Assembly (NCBI RefSeq): GCF_006345805.1 | Contig: NC_042998.1 | Location: forward strand, 111,910,001-111,974,000 | Reading direction: 5' to 3' | Source: Octopus sinensis | Lineage: Eukaryota | Length of the DNA: 64,000 nucleotides | Shown: positions 53,459 to 64,000 of the stretch, in pieces | Layout of the letters: every line of letters begins with the position of its first letter | Position numbering within the stretch: the stretch's first letter is position 1 | Made by a program: the position numbers and the translations under genes | Notes under the pieces: model-generated | Told to the model about the DNA's origin: nothing | What the model saw: the letters and a program-made list of their open reading frames with translations, nothing else | Database searches by the model: none

Positions 53459-53520
<62 letters not shown>
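53459..53520. repeat. (ATT)n microsatellite
   Basis: Read directly from the sequence. Confidence 0.95.
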
Positions 53521-53522
<2 letters not shown>

Positions 53523-53559
53523 CATATTTATTTTTCTCATAATTGTTTCAGGATTTGAT

Positions 53560-53745
53560 TGCAACTGTGTTGGAGCACCATCTTAACGGATTTTTAGTCA
53601 AAGAAATCGATCCCAGGACTTATTCTTTGTAAACCTAGTACTTATTCTATCGTTCCCTTTTGCTGAACTGCCAAGTTACGGTGATGTAAACACGCCAACA
53701 TCTGTTGTCAAGTTATGATGAGGGGAGAAACACAGACACAGACAC
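53560..53745 (-). mobile_element. SINE type A, 3' half
   Basis: GGAGCACC..GACTTATTCTTTGTAA..GTAAACACGCCAACATC. Confidence 0.8.
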
Positions 53746-53782
53746 ATAAATGTATACATATATAAAGATATATATGTATATA

Positions 53783-54003
53783 TTTCTTTATTGCCCACAA
53801 GGGGCTAAACATAGAGGAGACAAACAAGGACAGACAAACGGATTAAGTCGATTACATCGACCCCAGTGCGATTTGGTACTTTATTTATCGACCCCGAAAT
53901 GATGAAAGGCGACCTCGGCGGAATTTGAACTCAGAACGTAACGACAGACGAAATTCCGCTAAGCATTTCGTCCGACGCGCTAACGTGTCTGCCAGTTCAC
54001 CAC
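53783..54003 (-). mobile_element. SINE type B
   Basis: Aligns with 18422-18652. Confidence 0.9.
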
Positions 54004-54057
54004 CAATATATATGTATATATGTACATATATGTGTATATATGTACAGATATATATAT

Positions 54058-54091
<34 letters not shown>

Positions 54092-54168
54092 ATCCATGTT
54101 TGAATTACATAATAGTGGCTTTTCTCTAATTTATATATATTATACTCACATACACATACACACACATA

Positions 54169-54234
<66 letters not shown>

Positions 54235-54779
54235 GTGTGTGTATGTGTGTGTGTGTATGCATGTATACATGTATATATATACATGAATATATATATACGT
54301 ATATATATGTATATATACATATATACATATATTTATGTATACACATACTTATTTATAAACACACATATATATGTATGTATACATGTTACATACGTGTGTG
54401 TGTGTGTGTGTGTAGCAAAAAAGAAAGAGAGAGACAGAGAGAGAGACAGACAGGCAGGCCGACAGACAGTCCGACTGACAGACAGACTAACTCAGATTCA
54501 CACAATTGAGAAGATCGAAAAATATAACAGTCAAAGTAAAGACGTAAAGAATAGAAAATAATACATGAAGAAAATAACAATAAAGGCATAAACAAACAAC
54601 TAAAGAAACAAGCAAAACGACCCAAGCTCAACGAAACGAAAATCTGACGCACGCCCATAAATGTATGTTAACTGCCCGCAGACCGCGTAAACATGTAGAC
54701 ACATACACACATTCTCTGATTTATCTAATTTTTTTCTTTTTGTCTTGTTACTTTTTCTTTTTATTTTTCAAACTATCAT

Positions 54780-55110
54780 GTAAACAGGAAGTAATCAGAA
54801 ATAGAGCAACCATTAGCGACATGATGGATGCTGAAGTATGAATTTATCCAGGTTTCTGGCTGTTTCCATTGTTTTGGTTCGTTTCAGGTGTTACGGCTAA
54901 ACGAAGTCTCCATCGGCATACTTCCGTTTTTTTTTACGAGGTTTATTTCTTCTTCTTTTCTCCCTCCAGTGTCTCTAGTGCAGTAACAATAGCGGATCGA
55001 GGACACGTGACCGATGGTGGGAACATGGCGGCTTGTCTGCCAACGGCCGACACGCGCCATCGTAGATGGGGTTAGGAAAGAAAAGCAAAAGCGGTCAGGG
55101 TAGGATGGAT
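54780..55110. promoter_or_regulatory. Candidate promoter / first-exon region, CpG-rich patch
   Basis: ETS-like CAGGAAGT (54785) and ACTTCCG (54920), E-box CACGTG (55004), YY1-like AACATGGCGGC (55022) and opposite-strand ATGGCG (55055-55060). Confidence 0.4.
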
Positions 55111-55820
55111 ATTATTAATCATGATTTCAGAAATCCTTAACCCACCCACCTTTTTTTATTTTATTATTATTATTATTATTTTTTTTTTTGTAATCTATAC
55201 ATCAGCCTCCTATTAATAAAATCCAACCACATTACAACTACAAACACACTTGCTTTGCGTTGTTTGCCAGTAAAGAGGCAAACGGAGTTTTAGTGTGGCT
55301 CTTGAAAGAAAGAATTCCTCTTTAAACAAAGAAAAATAAGTATAGATAAACGAAGCAATTAAAAGATAAAGAAGAAGAGCAAGAGTGAGGAGAAGAAAAA
55401 GGTGAAGAGAAAGGAGGAGGAGGAGCAAGAGAGAGAACAAGAAGAGGGGGAATAGATATTTTGAATTTCTAGATTCAGTAACTTTGCCTGAGTCTTTGTT
55501 CTGAAAAAGGAAAGCCCCGAAACAAAAAAGTAGATGAATAAATAAATCCTTCATACTCCTTACACCTACACCTATACACTTTCTCTGTAATATTTCTATC
55601 TATTTCCCTCTCCCACTTATCCTCACTCACTTTAACAGTCATCTTTTTGTCCTCATCCCTTTTTCTCTCACTTCTTCTGTTAGTGTTTCCTCTCCTTTTA
55701 CACCCTTTATATCTCTGATTTTTCTCATACTATCTCTCTGTCGTTCACTTCCTCACACACTCTCACTCTGTTCTATGCTTTCTCTTCTCACTCTTACTCT
55801 TTCACACACGCTCTCCCCGC

Positions 55821-55899
<79 letters not shown>

Positions 55900-56139
55900 T
55901 TCCTTCAACTTCTCTGAAAATTCTTTTCTCTCTTCGCAGTCTCACTCATTCTTTTTCTGTCATGTTCACTCTAGTTCTCGGAGAAGAGGGACTCTTGTCT
56001 ATCATTCTTTCTGTCTTTACTCTCACTGTATCTTTTATACTTTATTCAAGTTGCGATTTACCTTAATTCTTCCTGATTCTTCTTTACATCACATATCTCT
56101 GCCGTTCTCTTTCTGTTTCCGTCTCTGTTTCTCTCACAT

Positions 56140-56191
56140 ACATGCATACATACATACATACATACATACATACATACATACATACATACAT

Positions 56192-56222
<31 letters not shown>

Positions 56223-56391
56223 TACATACATACATACATACATACATACATACATACACACATACATACATACACACATACACACATACATACATACATA
56301 CATACATACATACACACATACATACATACATACATACATACATACATGCATACATACATACATACATACATACACACATACATACATACAC

Positions 56392-56424
<33 letters not shown>

Positions 56425-56450
56425 CATACATACATACATACATACATGCA
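56140..56450. repeat. (CATA)n/(CA)n compound microsatellite
   Basis: Read directly from the sequence. Confidence 0.95.
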
Positions 56451-56567
56451 CACATAATTTAAATACTGAGGGTGAAAAATTGAATAATAATTTGATTAAT
56501 ATCAAGCTAAAACCAGTGGCCTTGCATATTGAAAAAATCTGAGGATTCAGAAAAATTATGTTACATA

Positions 56568-56709
56568 CATATAAGAGGGATGACCACTAAGTGAACATCT
56601 AATATGCTAGATGTAGACCCCATATGGTCTGACCACTAAGAAAAGATTGTTCTCAAGAAAAATTCAGCAAACCCCAGAACGTAAGCTTAGTGGTCATCCC
56701 TCTTATATG
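56568..56709. mobile_element. TA-flanked MITE with perfect 24-bp TIRs
   Basis: TA|CATATAAGAGGGATGACCACTAAG ... CTTAGTGGTCATCCCTCTTATATG|TA; partial second copy at 7940. Confidence 0.85.
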
Positions 56710-56723
56710 TACATACACACACA

Positions 56724-56969
<246 letters not shown>

Positions 56970-57006
56970 ATTATATATGTTTGTCACTAATTGTTTCATT
57001 ATCACT

Positions 57007-57045
<39 letters not shown>

Positions 57046-57458
57046 TTCTTTCTCTCTCTCATCCATTGTTTCTTTGACCTCGTTATTGTCTCTGTCTCTT
57101 TCTCTTCCACTTTCTCTCTCTTTCACTTCTCCTCTCTCTCATTCTCTCACTGTTTCTCTTTTTCTGTCTCTGTTTTCCTCCTCCTCCTCCTCCTCATCAT
57201 CATCATCATCACTTCTTCTTCATTTCACAGTACTCACAAACTCACACATATTAGCTATCGCGTCCAAAGAGTAGCAAAACGTCCTCTAACAAAACAGGCA
57301 GAAATTTATCTGAGGGTTAAAATTAATATGGCAAACCATTTTCTAATCAGCATAAATGATTTTAACAATGAATTGCATAGAAGAATTCTTCTCTATTTCG
57401 TTCCATACACATTCTCTCTCTCTCCCTCACTCTCTCTCTCTCTCTCTATCTATCTCTC

Positions 57459-57521
<63 letters not shown>

Positions 57522-57817
57522 CCTCACTGTCTCCTCTTTCCCTCTCTCTCTCTCATACACCACATTCACTCCCTATTTCTATTCTTCGCCTCTCTCTACT
57601 CTCTCGTTCTCTCTACCGTCTCAGTTCACTCATTCATTAACTTTCTCTTTCTCTCTCTTTTTCTTTCTCTCTCTTTCTCCTTCCCTCTCTCACTCTTTCT
57701 TCTTCCCTGTCTTTCCCTCTTTCTTCTCCCCCCTCTCTGTCTTCCAACTCTTGTCTCTTACATTTTAATCCCATGATTTTCAAACGATATAAATGCAGTA
57801 AATTATTGTAGTGCAAA

Positions 57818-57906
57818 ATGCAGCTAGCTACCCCACGATGGGACATTGGTATGCCGCAAGATGCAGCTAGCTACCCAACGAAGGGACATTAGTATGCTGC
57901 AAGATG
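57818..57906. repeat. 43-bp tandem duplication
   Basis: ATGCAGCTAGCTACCC at 57818 and 57861. Confidence 0.9.
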
Positions 57907-57961
57907 GAGGTAAGGATGCAAAATATTTATAAAATTTGAAAAAATACAAACGGATATCTTA

Positions 57962-58846
57962 AATGTTGGTTTCAAATTTTGGCACAGTGCCCTCAAGTTC
58001 TAAGGAGGAGGCAAGTAGATTACAAAGACCCCCAGTGCTCAACTGGTACTTATTTTATCAACCCCGAAATAATTAAAGGAAAAGTCAACCACAGCGGAAT
58101 TTCAATTCAGACGAAATGCCGATAGGCATTTTGCCCACCGTACTAACAATTCTGTCAACTCGCCGCCTTAAAAAACCTAAATATGATTTCAAATATTTTG
58201 CACAAGGGTAGCAATTTGGGGAAGAGGGTAAGTCGATTACATCGACCCTAGTACTCAATTAATACTTATTTTATCGACTCCAAAAAAGATGAAAGGTAGA
58301 GTCGACCTCGGCGGAATTTGAACTCAAAGCATAAAGACGGACCTAATGCCGCTAAGCATTTTGTCCGGCGCGCTAACGATTCTGCCAACTCGCGCCTTAG
58401 AAAGCCTAAATACTGGTTTCAAATTTTTGCACAAGGCCACCAATTTCGAGGGAAGGAGAAAAGTCGATTACATCGACCCCAATACTCATTTGCTACTTAT
58501 TTTATCGACCTCGAGCGGATGAAAGGCAAAGTCAACCTTTGCGGAATTTGAACTCAGAACGTGAAGACGGACGAAATGTCTCTAAGCATTTTGCCCGGCC
58601 TACTATCGATTCTTATTTCTTTACTACCCACAAGAGGCTAAACACAGAGGACACAAACAAGGACAGACAAACGGATTATGTCGATTATATCGACCCCAGT
58701 GCGTAACTGGTACTTATTTAATCGACCCCGAAATGCTGAAAGGCAAAGTCGACCTCGGCGGAATTTGAACTCAGAACGTAAAGACAGACGAAATACTGCC
58801 AAGCATTTTGCCCGGCCTGCTATCGATTCTGCCAGCTCACCGCCTT
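57962..58846 (-). mobile_element. Four head-to-tail SINE type B copies
   Basis: Approximately 57962-58170, 58180-58398, 58409-58613 and 58614-58846. Confidence 0.85.
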
Positions 58847-59069
58847 AGAAATCCTAATATTGCTATTTATTCTTCACTCATCAAATAGAGAAGTAAATAA
58901 TTATTTTTTGTGGTTTAATTATTTTTAAATCATCAGCTAAATACTTCCTTTCTATATAGTTTTTCTTAGGTTTGTTTTACGGATACAAAGCGCGAATACA
59001 TTTATATTTTTTCCAAAATAGGTCACCAGTAAAAATAAAGTATGGGATGCACTTTTTAACGTTTATTTT

Positions 59070-59535
59070 TTATCGTTTACTTGTTTCAGTCATTAGACTG
59101 TGGCCATGCTGGGGCATCGCTTTAGTGGGTTTAGTCGTGCAAATCGACCTGAGTATTGTAGTACCTATCTTCTCATTTGCTAAAATGCTAAGTCATTTGT
59201 GCGTATACAAAACAACGTCGGTTGTCAAGCGATGGTAGGAGCAAAAAAATACAAAGATACACACTCGTGTATTCATACATACATACATGCATGCATGCAT
59301 ACATACATACATACATACATACATACATACATAGAAGCATATAGACACACATACTTATATACATACACATACGCGCGCGCATATATATATATATACACCA
59401 TGGGCTTCCTTTAGTTTCTACTCACAAGGCTTTGGTCAGCCCGGGGCTGTAGTAGAAGACTCTTGCCTTTAAGTTCGACGAGTGGGACCGAACTCGAAAC
59501 CGTCTGGTTGGGAAACAAGATATTTTTACCACATA
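59070..59535 (-). mobile_element. SINE type A, diverged
   Basis: Aligns with 35385-35772. Confidence 0.8.
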
Positions 59536-60047
59536 GCCATACGTATATTTTAAAAAAAGATCAAAATGGCAAATTGATTTATATCTTCAACGACATTTTA
59601 AACTGCTTACATTCCATAAAGTTCATCCCTAGATTGGTGAGTATTATAGCGACCATTTTTGATAGGTGTTCCGGTTATGTTTGCAATTTTGTTGTAGTTG
59701 TTGTCATAGTTTAATAAAGATATATTTCTTGTCGTTTCAAATCATAAATCTTTATTCCGAGTCAACTCAGCTTTAATTTGGGTTTCTTAAATTCAGATTT
59801 TCATTTTTATTTTTGTTTTAGAAAAGAAAGAAAAAAAAAGCAGTAAAAAGAAGAATGTCAGCCATCTTCTAGAGGCAATCTTTCCCGTATAGAGCTACGA
59901 ACTCTATAACACTGACTGCGGCTGGCAAAAAATAAAAAAAGCAAAAAGAACAGAAAATTAAAAAAAAAGGCTCTTTATGCCTAAGAATATTTCCTACCAA
60001 ATATTTCCTATAAAATATCAATATTTTTTACAGACGCTTCACAAGCG

Positions 60048-60171
<124 letters not shown>

Positions 60172-60396
60172 TGTGATCATCAGTATCAACACCTTTCTAT
60201 ACTTGGAACATGCTATTTAATCTCTTCCCGAACTTTTACTTTATGTCTCCCTTATATAACGTATAATTTATATTTCCTGCTGCTCTCTGCTAGAAGATAC
60301 ACTGTCTCCAATACTATATATATATGTGTGTGTGTGTATGTGTGTGGATGTGTGTGTGTGTGTGTGGATGTGTGTGTATGTCTGTGTATGTATGTA

Positions 60397-60433
<37 letters not shown>

Positions 60434-60579
60434 TATGTATATATGTATGTATGCATGTATGTATGTTATATCTCTCGAACGCCTTGCACTTCCCTTTTCA
60501 AACATTCGTTCTGCTTTCACTTCTCCCAATCTTCTCACTCTTCTCTCTGTTTTAAGAGGAGAAATTAGGTCTACTTTTA

Positions 60580-61028
60580 ATGCTGGCTTCAAATTTTGAC
60601 ACAAAGCCAGAAATTTCGGAGGAGAGCGTAAATCGATTAAATCAACCCCAGTGTTCAACTGGTACTTATTTTATCGACCCCGAAAAGCTGAAAAGCCAAG
60701 TTGACCTCAGTGAAAATTGAACTCAGAACGTAAAGACGGATAAAATGCTGCAAAACATTTTGCCCGGCATAGTTACCTAAGGTCTGCTTTTTTGAATATT
60801 AGACATTTGCAAGTTGGCTAGCTGGTAGAATCGTTACCGTATCGAGAAAATGCTTAACGGCATTTCGTCCGTCTTTACGTTTTGAGTTCAAATTCTGCTG
60901 CGGTCGACTTTGCTTTCATCGTTTCGGGGTCGATAAAAATAAGTACCAATAGAGCAGTGGGGTCGATGTAATCAACCGGGCCCTTCGCCCAAACATTTTG
61001 GTCTTGTGCAAAAATTTGAAACCAATAT
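60580..61028. mobile_element. Inverted pair of SINE type B copies (60580-60775 minus, 60815-61028 plus)
   Basis: ACTGGTACTTATTTTATCGACCCCGAAA versus TTTCGGGGTCGATAAAAATAAGTACCA. Confidence 0.85.
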
Positions 61029-61251
61029 TATATATTGTAGGCTCCAAATCTTATTTCCACTGACGTCCATTTTATTTCATTTTATAAACAGTTAGTATGC
61101 GGTAAGAGTGAGATTAAGCTTGAAGTTGCTTGCAAGTCGATCATACAGCTAGTGACCTTTCTCTTTGGCTCTTCCTCAGTGGTTGTTGCTGATTGTGCTG
61201 TTGCTATTTGTCGTGGTTGTTGAGTTCCTGCCAGTCAGATTTATCATATAC

Positions 61252-62050
61252 TCTTTTACTCCTTTACTTGTTTCAGTTATGTGACTGTGGCCATGCTGGA
61301 GCACCGCCTTTAGTCGATCAAATCGACCCAGGAATTATTCTTTGTAAGCCTAGTACTAATTTAATCAGTCTCTTTTTTGCCGAACTGCTAAGTTACGGGG
61401 ACGTAAACACACCAGCATCGGTTGTCAAGCGATGTTAGGGGGACAAACACAGACACACAAACACGCACATACACACACACACACACACGTGTCATCATTG
61501 CACACATACACACACACGCACAAGCAGACCTCCGCGCACGCACACATCCACACTTACACACACATTCCCCCTCCTACATTCCGCTGTCTTTGACCATACT
61601 ACTCTTCTGTCTTTGAAAACTCTTCTGTCTTTGAAAACATCTTTCTTCACCCTTTCTTCCTTCCGGTCTTTCAAAATGTGACCTCGTGTGTACCGTTGGC
61701 GATTTTTTTCCTCTGTCTTCCCTTCTCTGGATCTTTCCTTCTCCTATGTTTCCGACGAAGAGCTCCGCTCAAAACGTTAAACTCTCCTTCTTCCCTTCTT
61801 TCCTGAGCGTCCAATAATACTATATTTGTTCCACGTCCTCGCGTTGTTGTTTTTTTGTGTTTTCTTGTTTGGATTAACTATATATATATACATATACGAC
61901 GGGCTTCTTTCAGTTTCCGTCTACCAAATCCACTCACAAGGCTTTGGTCGGCCTGAGGCTATAGTAGAAGACACTTATCCAAGGTGCCACGCAGTGGGAC
62001 TGAACCCGAACCATGTGGTTCGTAAGCAAGCTACTTACCACACAGCCACT
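61252..62050 (-). mobile_element. SINE type A interrupted by an insertion in its central microsatellite
   Basis: 3' half at 61252-61490 and 5' half at 61885-62050 both align with 35385-35772. Confidence 0.85.
61490..61880 (+). mobile_element. Penelope-type 3' tail with degenerate hammerhead (61748-61782)
   Basis: GUUU CCGACGA A GAGC-UCC-GCUC AAAAC GUU AAAC, then TTTCCTGAGCG..TAATAC as in the 27391 element. Confidence 0.7.
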
Positions 62051-62249
62051 CCTACGCCTATAAATGTGTAATTTTGTGTATATGTATATATATGTGTAAT
62101 TTTTATACCTATCTCTCTACTTATACTGATCTTTGCCTCGTAGAAACCAAATGGTTGAGTCAACATGCAATGGTTTAGCATGAGCTGCAGCATAGTTAAC
62201 TTGAATAATACGTCTAATCCGGCGCTAACCATAAAAATGCGGGGAAGAT

Positions 62250-63450
62250 GGATTTAATTGGAATGCGACAGCTATTATGCATCTTTACTAATTTCTAGTA
62301 CTGTGCTTCGAAACACATTGTTTGGAGCTTTTATTCGAAGCACATTGCTTAGAGCTGTTATTTTTGCGTGGATATATTTTCTGCTTATCTGTTGTAGTAG
62401 GTGAGAGATAATGTTCGTGGTTATAGTTTTCAATGAGCAGTCAGCTCCATATAACAAGAAAACTTATCGCCGAAACTGATGCGAGATCCATCATCATTGT
62501 ACGTATAAATGGGTGGCAGAGAAGAAAGTTGAAATCTGGTGTTGATGTTACTTAGAAATATTCGTGTACAGTCTTTTCTTTTGTTGAATTTATTATTCAT
62601 TCTCAGTGTGTTTATGTTTTGCGACAGTGTAATTAATAATGGATGTTGTAGCGGTATATGTTGTTTACTGAAAAGAGCAGTACCTGCATCGGTAATATCA
62701 AGATTGATTTCATCTAAAACTTTTGTGAGAGGGTAGAGAAAGTCATGCATTGACGTGATGTTAATTCTTTTGAGGTTTTTAAAGGTTATATAATTGTTAT
62801 ATTTCTACCTTTTCAGATCCATAGAATTTATTTCGCTAGCGTTGGCGTGAGTAGATGAATATCTTGATGTGTGCACTAATTGCTCCAAGGATTAGATGCT
62901 TCAAGTATATATTTGGGATTCCTTTAGTCCCAGAGGCTTTTGAAATTTTGCAAAGCTAATTACGGCTCTAGAGTTTGACAGATGGATGTAGAATATATCA
63001 CGGTCTATATATATATTTTTTTATTTTGCATTTTTATATGCTATTTGATGACTGACTTTGGATGGAGTTTGCTTCCTGCCTATATGTTATGGTCGTACGG
63101 GATGTAGTATCGCCATTGTTAGATTGTCATGTTGTTGCTTGGAATAAAATGTTTCATTTCTTTACTTTGTGGTTTATGTTAGATATAAATATTTTCCAGT
63201 CTCTACTTTATTTTTTGGTTTAATTCTATTTTTTTATTTCTTCATCTAGTTGATTCCTAGTTTCATTTCTGCTTTATCTAATGTTGATGTGTGGTGTTCA
63301 AGATTTTCATTTGTTTTTTATCGGATTAATCCAATTTGAAAGAAACATATTGTCATTCATTATTTTGCAAGAAAATTCTATTCAAATCCTTTTCTCGTCT
63401 TAGCACTTCTCGAAATGTTTTTTTTATAAAGGAAGTACACATATTTCAGA
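62250..63450 (-). mobile_element. Highly decayed LINE ORF2/RT (I/Jockey-like)
   Basis: KASGTKGIPNIYLKHL, LTKVLDEI, NKFNKRK..TRIFL, FGDKFS and ISHLL in RT order. Confidence 0.55.
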
Positions 63451-64000
63451 GTAATTTTCTCTCCTGACAGTAAGTGACTGTTTATAACAAAAATCACTTG
63501 CAAATCTTGTAGAATGTATTAGGATTTAGATTCATGTAAAATTTTGGTAAACATATCAGTTGATAAGTCATGGATTTTCAGTATTTTAATTTTTTTTTCA
63601 GCAACAAAATAGAGATGTTTCTTGTTTACAGAAAAAAAAAGCCGCGTCGTATTCGATTGAGCAACTACAAAATATATACAGATTATAAGGTACTCAACTT
63701 CAAAGATGAGGATCAAATTAACTCTGAATGTTTTCCTTCTTGACGTTACATAGTATGGGAGGGATATTCCTTAACTGTATTCTTATGCATTACCATTCAT
63801 AAATATATTTATTTCAGATGACTTTATTTCGTACTTTTTCGAGATTTTCTTTGTTATTCATTGTTCATTCAATCAGATATATTTTCTCATCACTTCAGTG
63901 TAGACAGACTTTAGTTTAAAGTAAGATTTAAAAAACTTTTAAATTTAGTTTAATCAATATATTATATCATCTCATTGTCTTGGATTCTAGAATTGTTTAC

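Overview
AT-rich animal genomic DNA, almost all repeats. The tRNA-derived SINE families and dense (AT)n/(ATGT)n/(GATA)n/(CA)n microsatellites look like an Octopus genome; this is recognition from memory, not a search. No host protein-coding gene could be identified, and most listed ORFs are microsatellite read-through. Mobile elements: decayed Tx1/L1-, I/Jockey-, CR1- and RTE-like LINE fragments; a Ty3/gypsy LTR element with 5-bp TSD lacking RT/RNase H (11519-14535); a young 5'-truncated Penelope-like element with RT and GIY-YIG (27391-30457); a Tc1 (DD34E, IR/DR) with one premature stop (49971-51516); a hAT remnant; several MITEs and fold-backs; many SINEs. Main discovery: the ~535-bp tandem array at 24937-26823 carries one complete type I hammerhead ribozyme per unit (CUGACGA core, GAAA, palindromic stem III, GUC site). 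The array starts 4 nt after the predicted cleavage point and sits in (TA)n, as expected for a young non-LTR retrozyme. A second, older hammerhead repeat (276-bp period, compensatory changes) lies back-to-back on the minus strand, the Penelope-like element lies about 570 bp away, and several Penelope-type tails with hammerhead-like motifs are scattered through the window. A CpG-rich promoter-like patch lies near 54.8-55.1 kb. All motif reading and folding was done by eye.
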